Positions 36,825 through 46,511 of a DNA stretch of 64,000 nucleotides are shown piece by piece. A program made the position numbers and the translations under genes. This stretch comes from Lentisphaeria bacterium. Lineage in GTDB: Bacteria > Verrucomicrobiota > Lentisphaeria > Oligosphaerales > Oligosphaeraceae. Under the pieces are notes generated by a model. It saw only the letters and a program-made list of their open reading frames with translations, did not search any database and was not told the DNA's origin. Each line of letters starts with the position of its first letter. Position 1 is the first letter of the stretch. Where the stretch lies: assembly GCA_016302315.1 (NCBI GenBank), contig JAEDNW010000001.1, positions 3,332 through 67,331 of the forward strand. The letters are read 5' to 3'.

Positions 36825-38375
36825 ATGCATCACTTCCTCCCCCTCCTCCTGCTGACCGCCCTGATCCTCCTTTCCCCGGGACGCACCGGCCTTCTCCTGG
36901 CCGCCTCCCCCGGCGACTACGTCACCTACGAGCGCTTCGGAGCCAAGGGGGACGGGAAGGAGAACGACCTGCCCGCCATCCGGGCAGCCCACCAATACGC
37001 CAACGAGCGCAACCTGCCGGTGCGGGCAAAAGCCGACGGGTGCTATCGGATCGGGGCCGGGGAGCCCGCCATCATCAAGACCGACACGGACTTCCAGAAC
37101 GCCCGCTTCCTCATTGACGACAGCCAGCTCACCGTCAAGGAGGGGCAGAAGAATGTCTTCCGGGTGGAGTCGGACATTCCCCCCTGGGACGTGACGGTGC
37201 CCGCCCCCCTGCGCCAGGGAGCCGGCAATCTGGGGGTGGTGCTGCCCTATCGGGCCCTGGTGGTGATCTACAACAAGAACCAGAGTCATTTCATCCGTCT
37301 GGGCCTCAATCAGAACAACGGGGTGTCCGCCTCGGACACCATCCTGGTGGAGAAAGACGGCACCATCCATGCCTCCACCCCCCTGCTCTGGGATTTTCCC
37401 CAAATCACCTCCGCCAAGGCCTATTCCGTGGAGGACCGCCCCATCGTCATCCGGGGAGGCATCTTCACCACCATCGCCAACCGGGCCGAGTCCAAATACA
37501 CCTATCATTCCCGGGGCATCCAGATCCTGCGCTCCAATGTCATTCTGGAGAACCACTCCCACTACGTGACCGGAGAAGGCCCCCAGGGCGCCCCCTATAG
37601 CGGCTTCTTCTCCTTCCAGACCTGCTACAACGGAGTGCTGCGGAACTGCCGGGTCAGCGGCCACAAGATCTACTCCACCATTGGCTCCGCAGGAAAGCCC
37701 GTCACCATGGGCACCTACGACCTGGGGGCCGAACGGGCGGTGCAGCTGGTCTTCCAGAATGTGGAGCAAATCAACAACATCCATGACACCACCAAATGGG
37801 GCATCATGGGCACCAACTTCTGCCGGAACCTTGTGTTGGAGGGATGCACCCTCTCCCGCTTCGACGCCCACCAGGGCGTGGCCAATGTGACCATCCGCAA
37901 CTGCGTCCTGGGCCACGCCGGCATCAATCTCATCGGCTACGGCAACGTCCTTCTGGAAAACACCTGGGTCCACAGCTCCTGGCTCATGAATCTCCGGGGA
38001 GACTACGGGTCCACCTGGCGGGGAAATCTCACCGTGCGCAACTGCGTCCTGGCGCCGCCCAAGACCAGCTCCCGGGCCGGCATCCTCAACGGATACAATG
38101 TCGGCACCCACGATTTCGGATATCCATGCTTCATGCCCGAAACCATCACCCTCCAGAACCTGACCATCTTGGACAAGTCCCCCAAGGGCAACATCCCCGT
38201 CTTCTTCTTCGCCGATTTCCTCCAGGGCCGGGGGACGCCGGGGCCGATTCCCTACCTGCGCACCCGTCAGGTTCTCCTTCAGAACGTAGCCACGGAGAGC
38301 GGATCCCCCATCTCCCTTTCCCCCAATCCCTCCTTCTTCTCCCAGACCCAAATCCTTCCCCTGCCCGCCCGCTAG
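36825..38375 (+). CDS. secreted right-handed beta-helix protein (pectate-lyase superfamily / glycosidase-like)
   Basis: Start is the ATG at 36825 (MHHFLPLLLLTALILLSPG...). The N-terminal YERFGAKGDGKENDLPAIRAAHQYA matches the Pectate_lyase_3-type opening, followed by repetitive N/G/V-rich coils. The upstream part of the track ORF overlaps the U32 gene. Confidence 0.6.
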   Translation: MHHFLPLLLLTALILLSPGRTGLLLAASPGDYVTYERFGAKGDGKENDLPAIRAAHQYANERNLPVRAKADGCYRIGAGEPAIIKTDTDFQNARFLIDDSQLTVKEGQKNVFRVESDIPPWDVTVPAPLRQGAGNLGVVLPYRALVVIYNKNQSHFIRLGLNQNNGVSASDTILVEKDGTIHASTPLLWDFPQITSAKAYSVEDRPIVIRGGIFTTIANRAESKYTYHSRGIQILRSNVILENHSHYVTGEGPQGAPYSGFFSFQTCYNGVLRNCRVSGHKIYSTIGSAGKPVTMGTYDLGAERAVQLVFQNVEQINNIHDTTKWGIMGTNFCRNLVLEGCTLSRFDAHQGVANVTIRNCVLGHAGINLIGYGNVLLENTWVHSSWLMNLRGDYGSTWRGNLTVRNCVLAPPKTSSRAGILNGYNVGTHDFGYPCFMPETITLQNLTILDKSPKGNIPVFFFADFLQGRGTPGPIPYLRTRQVLLQNVATESGSPISLSPNPSFFSQTQILPLPAR

Positions 38376-38390
38376 GGAGAATCCCCCATC

Positions 38391-38819
38391 ATGCCCCGCA
38401 CCCTCCCCTCCCTTCTTCTCCCCCTGGCCCTCCTCCTGTGCCTGAGCTGCGCCCGCTGGCAGTATCTCCCCCCCGCCAGACCGGTGGCCGGCATGTTCCC
38501 CACTGTGGTGTCCCCACGGCTTCTCACCCAGGCCGTCCCCCTTTCCCTCTCCCCTGAGGAACTGCAGAACCTGCTGGAAGAAGCGGAGTTATGGGAATCC
38601 CTGGTGCTGGCCGGATTTCCCCGGGAGGAACTGGCCCTGCTCTCCCGCAGTCTGGAACGCCGGGGCTATGGAGAGGTGGACGGACGCCGCTGCCCCGCCT
38701 CCGACCTGGAATGGATGGCCTTCCTGGGAGCCGCCCCCCGCACCCTGCACCTCCGCTATCAGCGACGGCAGGAGGAGGCCCCCAGGGAAATTCTCCTGTC
38801 TCTTCCTCCTGCCCCCTGA
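38391..38819 (+). CDS. small lipoprotein, function unknown
   Basis: MPRTLPSLLLPLALLLCLSC carries a lipobox. 142 aa. Confidence 0.5.
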   Translation: MPRTLPSLLLPLALLLCLSCARWQYLPPARPVAGMFPTVVSPRLLTQAVPLSLSPEELQNLLEEAELWESLVLAGFPREELALLSRSLERRGYGEVDGRRCPASDLEWMAFLGAAPRTLHLRYQRRQEEAPREILLSLPPAP

Positions 38820-38833
38820 GCATTTCCCGCCCC

Positions 38834-39577
38834 ATGACCTCTCCTCGTCAAGGCCTAATCCGTTCCCCCTGGGCCCTGCTTCCTCCCCTGCTTCTCCTGC
38901 TGGTGTGGGGATTCTTCTCCTGGTACAACCAGGGGAGGGTGCTTCCCTCTCCCAAGGGCACCTTTCTGGCCCTGGGGCGGCTGCTGTCCTCCGACGCCAC
39001 CTGGCGTTCCCTGCTCCTAAGCCTCCTCCGGGGAAGCGGCGGCCTGGCCCTGGGCGGGATCCTCGGGCTGGCCCTGGGACTATTCTGCGGACGGCATCCC
39101 CGCCTCCATGACGCCCTCTCCCCCATGGTCACCCTAGCCCAAGGATGCCCCCCCATTGTCTGGATTTCCCTGCTCCTGGTGTGGTTCTCCCTGGGAGGGG
39201 CCATTCCCCTGGCGGTCTCCACCCTCACCGTGCTGCCGGTCATCTTCATCCACACCGCCAACGCCGTCCGGGGGCTGGATCCCCGGTGGTTCGAGGTGGC
39301 CGATGTCTATCGCCTCAGCCTCTGGCGACGCTGCCGTCATCTGATTCTCCCCGGCATCGCCCATCCCCTGGCCGGCGCCTTCTCCTACGCCTGCGGCATC
39401 ACCTGGAAAGTCACCGCCACGGCGGAATTCTTCGGAGCCACCGACGGCATCGGCGCCCAGATCTACCGGAGCTACCGCCTGCTGGCCCTGGAGGATCTCT
39501 TCGCCTGGACTCTGCTCATCGCTCTGCTGGGCATCGCCATCGACGCCCTCCTGATCCGGAGGCTCCGAAGACTATGA
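38834..39577 (+). CDS. ABC transporter permease (NitT/TauT-like family)
   Basis: From the ATG at 38834. About 6 TM helices and an EAA-like loop (ANAVRGLDPRWFEVADVYRLSLWRRCRHLILPGIAHPL). Confidence 0.75.
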   Translation: MTSPRQGLIRSPWALLPPLLLLLVWGFFSWYNQGRVLPSPKGTFLALGRLLSSDATWRSLLLSLLRGSGGLALGGILGLALGLFCGRHPRLHDALSPMVTLAQGCPPIVWISLLLVWFSLGGAIPLAVSTLTVLPVIFIHTANAVRGLDPRWFEVADVYRLSLWRRCRHLILPGIAHPLAGAFSYACGITWKVTATAEFFGATDGIGAQIYRSYRLLALEDLFAWTLLIALLGIAIDALLIRRLRRL

Positions 39578-40185
39578 CCCCTCCCCTTCTCACCTTTCAG
39601 AACGTCACCTTCCGGTGGCCCGGCGCCCCCGCCCCCCTCCTTCAACACCTCCAATGGGAGATCCATCCCGGGGAAGCCTGGCTCCTCCGGGGCCCCTCCG
39701 GCTGCGGCAAGACCACCTTCCTGCGCCTGGCGGCCCGCCTCCTCTCCCCCCAGGAAGGCAGCATCCACCTCCCCTCTTCCCTCTCCCTAGGATTCGTCTT
39801 CCAGGAACCCCGGCTCCTCCCCTGGCTTACCCTCCGCCAGAATCTCCTTCTGGCCACCCCCCGGGCCTCTCTCGAACAACAGGAGGAACTCCTCCGCAGA
39901 ACCGGGCTGGCGGGCAAGGAAAACTGCCGTCCCCAGGAACTCTCGGGAGGGGAAGCCCAGAGGGGGAGCCTGGTCCGCGCCCTTCTGGTCAATCCCCAGC
40001 TCCTCCTCCTGGACGAACCTTTCAGCGCCCTGGATCCCCAAAGCGCCCAGCTCTGCGTCGAACTCCTGGAGGAGTGGAACCAGAACCCCCTTCCCCATGC
40101 CATGCTTCTGGTGACCCATCAGAAGGAGTATCAGGGAATCTGCGGCGCCCTTCCCCTGGATTTCCCCCTGCGCTCTCCCCAGTAG
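39574..40185 (+). CDS. ABC transporter ATP-binding protein
   Basis: ATGA overlap with the permease stop. Walker A is GPSGCGKTT, the signature is LSGGEAQR, and Walker B is LLLLDEPFSALD. Confidence 0.85.
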   Translation: MTPPLLTFQNVTFRWPGAPAPLLQHLQWEIHPGEAWLLRGPSGCGKTTFLRLAARLLSPQEGSIHLPSSLSLGFVFQEPRLLPWLTLRQNLLLATPRASLEQQEELLRRTGLAGKENCRPQELSGGEAQRGSLVRALLVNPQLLLLDEPFSALDPQSAQLCVELLEEWNQNPLPHAMLLVTHQKEYQGICGALPLDFPLRSPQ

Positions 40186-40433
40186 CCCCGCCCCTGCGGA
40201 AACACCATGGATTTTCTTCCCGGGGGAAAGGACATTTCTCTCTCTTTTGCAAAGATTTTCATCCCCCATGGCTTTAAAAATATCTTTCACAGGCTAAATT
40301 GGGGCTGTTTGAATTTTCATACATGCCGCTGTGTGTGTCCCTCCCCCTTTTTTTTCTACGTACATAAGGAGGGCGGGCACCTGCATCGGCCACCCGGCCC
40401 ACGGCCGTCCACTCCATAAAGGACCCACCCCAC

Positions 40434-41315
40434 ATGCGCAAGAGCCAAGTCACACTTCTCTTCGGAATCCTGACCCTGGTTGCCGCCGCCAGCCTCATGC
40501 CCTTGAAGGCCCAGGAATTCCAGTCCTCCAACGACCTGCTGGATCCCAACGCCTGCCTGGTCAAGTCCGAGCTCTATCTCTGGAACCGCTTCTCCGACCT
40601 GCTGGACACCTTCCGCTGCGGTATCGCCCTGGGGCCTGGCATCGGTGCGGAAGTGGCCGTCACGGAATATGCCCAGCTCTCCCTGTATGCCAATGCGGAA
40701 ACCGGGGTCGCCTTCCCCCACATCCTGCCTCCCCTGTGGCTGGTGGACAAGTATGAGAACAACACCAACGCCTTCGAGTACCACAGCGGCAAATACGCCA
40801 CCGCCGCCTTCGGTCCCTGGCGCGCCGAATCCAACGCCTACGACCTGGATGACCGGAATGTCCATTTCCGGCGGGACAAGTGGGATATCCGGCTCCAGCT
40901 GGATCTGCTCCTGGTCCACTTCTACGTGGCCATCCGCCCTGTGGAGATCCTGGACTTCTTCACCGGCTTCGCCGGACTGGATCTGTCCCTGGATGACGCT
41001 CAGCTGAATCCCGTGCTGGACCGCCGCCCCGCCGACCAGTTCGGCCGTGGCCTCTGCAACATCCTCTTCGGCATCGTGGAAGTCCCCAACAACATCTTCC
41101 GGGTGACCAGCAACGAGGGCGACCTGGCCGGCTGCTCCAAGGGTGTTGGCCTGGGCCTCTGGCGCTTCCTGGTGCGGGAATGCGTGGGCGTGGTGGAAGT
41201 GGTGACCTTCCCCTTTGGCTGGGAACCCATCATCGAGCCTGCCTACGTCATCAACGACACCGATCAGGCCACCAACTGGAAGGTCTACAAGCCCGCCTTC
41301 CACAAGCGCTACTAA
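40434..41315 (+). CDS. secreted protein with a C-terminal TIGR04073-like (exosortase-system-associated family) domain
   Basis: Signal peptide MRKSQVTLLFGILTLVAAASLMPLKAQE. The C-terminal QFGRGLCNILFGIVEVPNNIF...GCSKGVGLGLWRFLVRECVGVVEVVTFPF matches my recollection of the TIGR04073 core (RG..N...G..E.P......G...G..R...G..E..TFP). Confidence 0.55.
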   Translation: MRKSQVTLLFGILTLVAAASLMPLKAQEFQSSNDLLDPNACLVKSELYLWNRFSDLLDTFRCGIALGPGIGAEVAVTEYAQLSLYANAETGVAFPHILPPLWLVDKYENNTNAFEYHSGKYATAAFGPWRAESNAYDLDDRNVHFRRDKWDIRLQLDLLLVHFYVAIRPVEILDFFTGFAGLDLSLDDAQLNPVLDRRPADQFGRGLCNILFGIVEVPNNIFRVTSNEGDLAGCSKGVGLGLWRFLVRECVGVVEVVTFPFGWEPIIEPAYVINDTDQATNWKVYKPAFHKRY

Positions 41316-41412
41316 TCTGCTGATTTCAGGGGAGAGCCTTTGGGCGCAGGGATACGATGCCCTCCGCCCGCTCTCCTCCCCCCCCACCTTGCCGACGGCT
41401 CCCCCCGACGTT

Positions 41413-41439
41413 CCGACGCCGGCGGATCCGTCGGTTTTT
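41413..41439 (+). terminator. rho-independent terminator after the TIGR04073-like gene
   Basis: CCGACG (41413-41418) pairs with CGTCGG (41429-41434) and is followed by TTTTT. Confidence 0.55.
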
Positions 41440-41477
41440 CCATATCCTGAAGTCCCATTCCGCCTTTCTCCCGCCCC

Positions 41478-42677
41478 ATGTCCTCCCGCAAAACCAAAAT
41501 CCGCACCCGTCTTCTGGACAAGCTGGACATGCTGGATGCCCCCACCCTGCGGAACTGCCTCCGCGGCCTCCTCAACGAGCACGGGCTCCTGGAGGAAATC
41601 TTCCGGGACATCTTCAAGACCCTGAAGGAAGGCATCATCGTGGTGGACCGGGATCTGAACATCTACCTGGTGAACCCCACCGCCCGGGAACTCTTCGGCA
41701 TACCGGAGGATGCGGAGGGGCAGCCTATTGCCCAGTTCTTCCGTCAATTTGACTGGGAGCAGCTGCGGAACACGCCTCCGGAGCACTGGGGGCGCTTCAG
41801 CCGGACGGAATTGGAGGTCACCTATCCGGAGCGCCGTTTCCTTTCCCTCTATTTCCTGCCGGCGGCCACCTCCCCCGAGCTCCCGAACAAAGGCAAGCTC
41901 CTGGCCACCCTCATCTTCCACGACATCACCGAGCGGAAGGAGAGCACCGAGAAGAATCTGGAAACCCAGACCTTCACCGCCATCACCCAGCTGGCCGCCG
42001 GGGTGGCCCACGAACTGGGAAATCCTCTCAACACCCTGGGCATCCACCTCCAGATCCTGAAACGGAAACTGCGGGGCGGCACCCCCGAAGCCGCCCAGGA
42101 GGCCGCCCAGCATTTCGTGGACATCGCCGGCCAGGAACTGGCCCGGATGGATGGGATTGTCAAGAATTTCCTCCATGCCGTCCGCCCCGGACAAATGGAG
42201 AGGGTCCCCGTCAACGTCCAGGAACTGATGGTCAATACCCTGCATTTCCTGGAACCCGAACTCCAGGCCAAGGAAATCCAGGTCAACCTGGACTTTCCCG
42301 TCTTCGTCCCCTCCATCTCCGGCGATCCCGGGGAGCTGACCCAGGCATTCTTTAACCTCATCAAGAACGCCATGCAGGCCATGGAAAGCGGGGGAAGCCT
42401 CCAGATCCTCTGCACCGTGGACGACACCTCCGTGCAGCTGCGCTTCGCCGACAACGGGCCCGGCCTGAATGCCGAACAGCTCTCCCACCTCCTGGAACCC
42501 TACTACACCACCAAGGCGGAGGGCCATGGCCTGGGCCTCCTGATCGTCAACCGCATTGTCCGGGCCCACGGCGGCTTCCTCTCCATCGAGGGAAAACCGG
42601 GCGACGGAGCGGCCTTCACCATCTGCCTCCCCCGCTACTCCCGCATTGTCCGCCGGATCTCCGGCCCTGAAGCCTAA
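41478..42677 (+). CDS. cytoplasmic PAS-domain sensor histidine kinase (NtrB/AtoS-like)
   Basis: No TM helix. The PAS region is GIIVVDRDLNIYLVNPTARELFG. The H-box is LAAGVAHELGNPLN, the N-box is FNLIKNAMQAM, and the G-boxes are DNGPG and GHGLGL. Confidence 0.88.
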   Translation: MSSRKTKIRTRLLDKLDMLDAPTLRNCLRGLLNEHGLLEEIFRDIFKTLKEGIIVVDRDLNIYLVNPTARELFGIPEDAEGQPIAQFFRQFDWEQLRNTPPEHWGRFSRTELEVTYPERRFLSLYFLPAATSPELPNKGKLLATLIFHDITERKESTEKNLETQTFTAITQLAAGVAHELGNPLNTLGIHLQILKRKLRGGTPEAAQEAAQHFVDIAGQELARMDGIVKNFLHAVRPGQMERVPVNVQELMVNTLHFLEPELQAKEIQVNLDFPVFVPSISGDPGELTQAFFNLIKNAMQAMESGGSLQILCTVDDTSVQLRFADNGPGLNAEQLSHLLEPYYTTKAEGHGLGLLIVNRIVRAHGGFLSIEGKPGDGAAFTICLPRYSRIVRRISGPEA

Positions 42678-42685
42678 GCCCCACC

Positions 42686-44122
42686 ATGCCATCACTCCCT
42701 GTCATCCTTGTCATCGACGACGAACGCAACACCCGGGAAGGGCTGCGGGACGCCTTCGCCGGCAAATACCAGGTCCTTCTGGCCAACGACGCCCTCCAGG
42801 GCATGGAACTGCTGAAAAGCGGGAAGGTGGACATTGTCCTGACGGATCTTCGGATGCCGGGGATGGACGGGATGGCCTTCACCCGGGAGATTTCCGGGCG
42901 TCCGGAAGCGCCGTTGATCATCATGCTCACCGCTTACGGGTCGGTGCAGACGGCCATGGAGGCCGTGCGTGCGGGCGCCTACGACTATCTGACCAAGCCT
43001 GTGGATCTGGACGAGCTGGAGATGATGATTGACCGGGGGCTGGAGGAGCTGTCCAAGCGCCGTACCCAGGCCCGCCGGGGGAGCCATCAGGCGCCGGAGG
43101 GGATCATCGGGTCTTCCCCCCAGATGCGGAAGCTTCTGGAGAAGGCCCAGCAGGTGGCCTCTTCCCGTTCCACGGTGCTGATCACCGGGGAGAGCGGCAC
43201 CGGCAAGGAGCTCTTCGCCCACGCCCTCCACGCCTGGAGTCCCCGGAAGCGGGGGCCTTTCGTGGCCGTGCACTGCGCCGCCCTTAATGAAAATCTTCTG
43301 GAGAGCGAACTGTTCGGCCACGAGCGCGGGGCCTTCACCGGCGCCCAGGAACGGGTCATCGGACGCTTCGAGAAGGCGGACCGGGGCACCCTTTTCCTGG
43401 ATGAAATCGGGGAAATCTCCCTGTCCACCCAGGTCAAGCTGCTCCGGGTGCTGGAGAACCGCACCCTGGAACGGGTAGGAGGTTCCACCACCATCCCCGT
43501 GGATGTGCGGCTGGTAGCCGCCACCAACCGGGATTTGAAGGCCATGGTCAAGGAAGGCACCTTCCGGGAAGACCTCTTCTTCCGGCTCAACGTGGTGAAC
43601 CTCCAGCTCCCTCCTCTGCGGGAACATCCGGAGGACATCCCCGCCCTCCTGGAACACTTCCTCCAGGAACTCTCCCAGGACAACGGGAAGGAAATCCACG
43701 GTATCGCCCGGGATGCCCTGGAGGTGCTTACCGCCTATGCATGGCCGGGCAACATCCGGGAACTGCGCAACTGCGTGGAGCGCATGGTGGTCATGACCCG
43801 GGGAAGCCTACTCACCGTCACCGACATCCCCCAGGAGATCGTGGACGCCTTCGCCACCGCTCCCGCCCCGGAGACGGAGGAGCCGAAACCGGAGCCCCCG
43901 GCTTCCGGCACCGTCCCCGCCTCCCAGGAGACAGCCCCGCCTCCCCCCATGCCCCTGGACATCCGCTCCAATGAACTGGCCGCCATGAAACGCGCCCTGG
44001 AACAGGCCGGCGGGAACCGAACCCGGGCGGCAGAGATCCTGGGCATCAGCCGACGCACCCTTCAGCGCCGCATCCTCCAATATCCCGAGCTGGACAGCCT
44101 CCGGGACCGGGAGGAGCCGTGA
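42686..44122 (+). CDS. sigma-54-dependent response regulator (NtrC family)
   Basis: Canonical receiver (VIDDE, LTDLRMPGMDG, LTKP). The AAA+ domain has GESGTGKE and GAFTGA. The C-terminal HTH is RTRAAEILGISRRTLQRRI. Confidence 0.9.
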   Translation: MPSLPVILVIDDERNTREGLRDAFAGKYQVLLANDALQGMELLKSGKVDIVLTDLRMPGMDGMAFTREISGRPEAPLIIMLTAYGSVQTAMEAVRAGAYDYLTKPVDLDELEMMIDRGLEELSKRRTQARRGSHQAPEGIIGSSPQMRKLLEKAQQVASSRSTVLITGESGTGKELFAHALHAWSPRKRGPFVAVHCAALNENLLESELFGHERGAFTGAQERVIGRFEKADRGTLFLDEIGEISLSTQVKLLRVLENRTLERVGGSTTIPVDVRLVAATNRDLKAMVKEGTFREDLFFRLNVVNLQLPPLREHPEDIPALLEHFLQELSQDNGKEIHGIARDALEVLTAYAWPGNIRELRNCVERMVVMTRGSLLTVTDIPQEIVDAFATAPAPETEEPKPEPPASGTVPASQETAPPPPMPLDIRSNELAAMKRALEQAGGNRTRAAEILGISRRTLQRRILQYPELDSLRDREEP

Positions 44123-45024
44123 CCAACACCCCCGGAAGCCATCCGACCCACCCCGCCACGCCTTCCATGCCCCTTCCCTCCCCACCCCCAAAGCCCAGGG
44201 GCGCCTTCCGGATCCTCCATTTCTCCGACATCCATGTGGGTATCCCCGACTGGTCCTGGCGGTATCTTCTGGACAAGCGGTGCCTGGGAAGGCTCAACCA
44301 GGCGCTTTCCCGCCAGGGGCGTCTCTCCCTGGATCTCCTGGAAGGGCTTCCCGCCTGGAGCCGGGAGACCGGCGCCGATGCGGTCCTCTGCACGGGCGAC
44401 CTCACCTCCATCGGCTCCCCGGAGGAATTCCGCCGGGCAGAGGCCTTTCTGACCCCTCTCCGGGACGCCTATGGGAAGAACTTCCTCTATGTGCCAGGAA
44501 ACCATGACGCCTATGTGCCGGGAAGTCTTCCCCCCCTCCGGGACACCTTCCGGGCCTTGAATCAGGGACTGGAGCTGGCCGACCTTCCCCTGGCCCGCCC
44601 CCTCGGCCCCCTGGAAGTGGTCCTCCTCTCCCCCGCCATCCCCTGCGCCCCGTGGCTCTCCCACGGAGCCATGCCTGCCTGCGACTGGGATAAACTGGGC
44701 TATATTCTTCACTCTCCCTGCGGCGGGGCCGCCCGTCTGGTGGCCTGCCATTTCCCCCTCCTGGGCGCCAAGGGAACCCCCCTCTTCTGGCGTTCCCGCC
44801 TGGTGGGATGGGAGAGGCTCCTGCAATGGGGCAGGGAGGGACTCTTCCAGGCCTACTGCGCAGGGCATGTCCACCGCCCCTTCCTTCTCCCTCCACACCA
44901 GGGCGCCCCGTGGCTTGTGGGCGCAGGCTCCCTTACTCTCCATTCCTCCTGTTCCGTCCTGGACTTCCAGCCGGAAGACGGCACCTTCACCCCCTATCTC
45001 TTGCAGCGGAAGGAAATACCATGA
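44119..45024 (+). CDS. metallophosphoesterase (calcineurin-like)
   Basis: ILHFSDIHVG, GDLTSIG and VPGNHD motifs are present. The GTG start overlaps the regulator stop (GTGA); an alternative ATG is at 44167. Confidence 0.75.
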   Translation: MTNTPGSHPTHPATPSMPLPSPPPKPRGAFRILHFSDIHVGIPDWSWRYLLDKRCLGRLNQALSRQGRLSLDLLEGLPAWSRETGADAVLCTGDLTSIGSPEEFRRAEAFLTPLRDAYGKNFLYVPGNHDAYVPGSLPPLRDTFRALNQGLELADLPLARPLGPLEVVLLSPAIPCAPWLSHGAMPACDWDKLGYILHSPCGGAARLVACHFPLLGAKGTPLFWRSRLVGWERLLQWGREGLFQAYCAGHVHRPFLLPPHQGAPWLVGAGSLTLHSSCSVLDFQPEDGTFTPYLLQRKEIP

Positions 45025-46511
45025 AACACTTCCTGGCCTTCGACTTGGGCGCGTCCAGCGGACGGGCCATCCTGGGTAACTTCGACGGAAAGACCATCGA
45101 GCTGGAGGAACTCCACCGCTTCGCCAACGGCCCCCACGAAGTGGAGGGACATCTCTACTGGGACATCCATACTCTCTTCGGCGAGATCCGGGAGGGGCTC
45201 CGGAAGGCCCTGGCCACCGGAAAGGCCATCGACGGCATCGGCATCGACACCTGGGGCGTGGATCTCTGCTATCTGGGACAGGACGGCAAACTGCTGGGTC
45301 TCCCCCACCACTACCGGGATCCCCGCACCGATGATGTGATGCCCTGGACCTTCCAGCGGATTCCCCGGGAGGAGGTCTACCGGGAGACGGGCATCCAGTT
45401 CATGAATCTGAACACCATCTTCCAGCTGTCCGCCTCCCTGCGGGACGGCGAGGAAGCCCTGCAGAAGGCGGACAAACTCCTCTTCATCCCCAACGCCCTC
45501 ACCTATCTCCTCTGCGGAAAGGTGGCCGCCGAATACTCCATCGCCACCACCTCCCAGCTCTTCAATCCCCATACCGGGGACTGGTCCTGGAAGATCATCG
45601 ACGCCCTGGGGCTGAAGCGCTCTCTCTTCCCGGAGATCCTCCCCTCCTGCACCGTAGCCGCCCCCCTCTCCCCCGCCCTGCAGCAGGAGATGGGCTGCGG
45701 TCCCATTCCCGTGATTCTCATCGGGAGCCACGACACCGCCTCCGCCGTAGCGGCCGTGCCCTCCAGCGGCGAGAAAAACTGGGCCTACCTTTCCAGCGGC
45801 ACCTGGAGCCTCATGGGCGTGGAGCTGCCCTCCCCCCGCACCGATGAGAAGGCCCTGGCCGCCAACTACACCAACGAAGGCGGCGTGGGCAACACCATCC
45901 GCTTCCTGAAGAACATCATGGGGCTCTGGCTGATCCAGGAATGCCGCAACCAGTGGCTGCGGGAAGGGAAGAAATATTCCTTCGGCGAGCTGGCGGAGAT
46001 GGCCCGCAAGGAAGCCACCCCCTTCCTGGCCGTCATCAACCCCAACGACCATCTCTTCGAGGCCCCCGGCGACATGCCCGCCAGAATCCGGCAGTTCTGC
46101 CGGGAAAGCGGACAGCCCGAACCCGAAACCCCCGCCCAGATCATCCGCGTGGCCCTGGAATCCCTGGCCCTGCGCTATCGCCAGACCTGGAATGAACTGG
46201 AAGACCTCCTGGACACCAAACTCACGGTCCTCCATCTGGTGGGCGGCGGATGCCAGAATGTCCTCCTCAACGAATTCACCGCCAATGCCATCCAGGCCCC
46301 CGTGGTCACCGGCCCGGTGGAAGCCACCGCCATGGGCAACATCCTGGGACAGGCCATGGCCACCGGAGACATCCCCGACCTGGAAACCGCCCGGAAAATC
46401 GTGGGCGCCTCCACCCCCACCCAGCGCTACGAACCCACCGACGCCCCCCTCTGGGAAAAGGCCTTCCTCCGCTATCAGGAAATCTGCAAGGGAGGCAAGT
46501 CCATCGGCTAA
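45021..46511 (+). CDS. rhaB: rhamnulokinase (FGGY family)
   Basis: MKHFLAFDLGASSGRAILG...HRF.NGP......YWD...L...I...L......IDGIGIDTWGVD...YRD.RT parallels E. coli RhaB. It has an ATGA overlap with the upstream gene, and rhaA lies nearby. Confidence 0.85.
   Translation: MKHFLAFDLGASSGRAILGNFDGKTIELEELHRFANGPHEVEGHLYWDIHTLFGEIREGLRKALATGKAIDGIGIDTWGVDLCYLGQDGKLLGLPHHYRDPRTDDVMPWTFQRIPREEVYRETGIQFMNLNTIFQLSASLRDGEEALQKADKLLFIPNALTYLLCGKVAAEYSIATTSQLFNPHTGDWSWKIIDALGLKRSLFPEILPSCTVAAPLSPALQQEMGCGPIPVILIGSHDTASAVAAVPSSGEKNWAYLSSGTWSLMGVELPSPRTDEKALAANYTNEGGVGNTIRFLKNIMGLWLIQECRNQWLREGKKYSFGELAEMARKEATPFLAVINPNDHLFEAPGDMPARIRQFCRESGQPEPETPAQIIRVALESLALRYRQTWNELEDLLDTKLTVLHLVGGGCQNVLLNEFTANAIQAPVVTGPVEATAMGNILGQAMATGDIPDLETARKIVGASTPTQRYEPTDAPLWEKAFLRYQEICKGGKSIG

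Noticed and set aside
40372-40390. Possible sigma-54 promoter GGGCAC-CTGCA-TCGGC upstream of the TIGR04073-like gene
   Set aside because: The -12 element reads TCGG rather than TTGC at the correct spacing, so the near-invariant GC is out of register by one. An AAGGAGG at about 40364 is also 60 nt from the ATG, too far to be its RBS.
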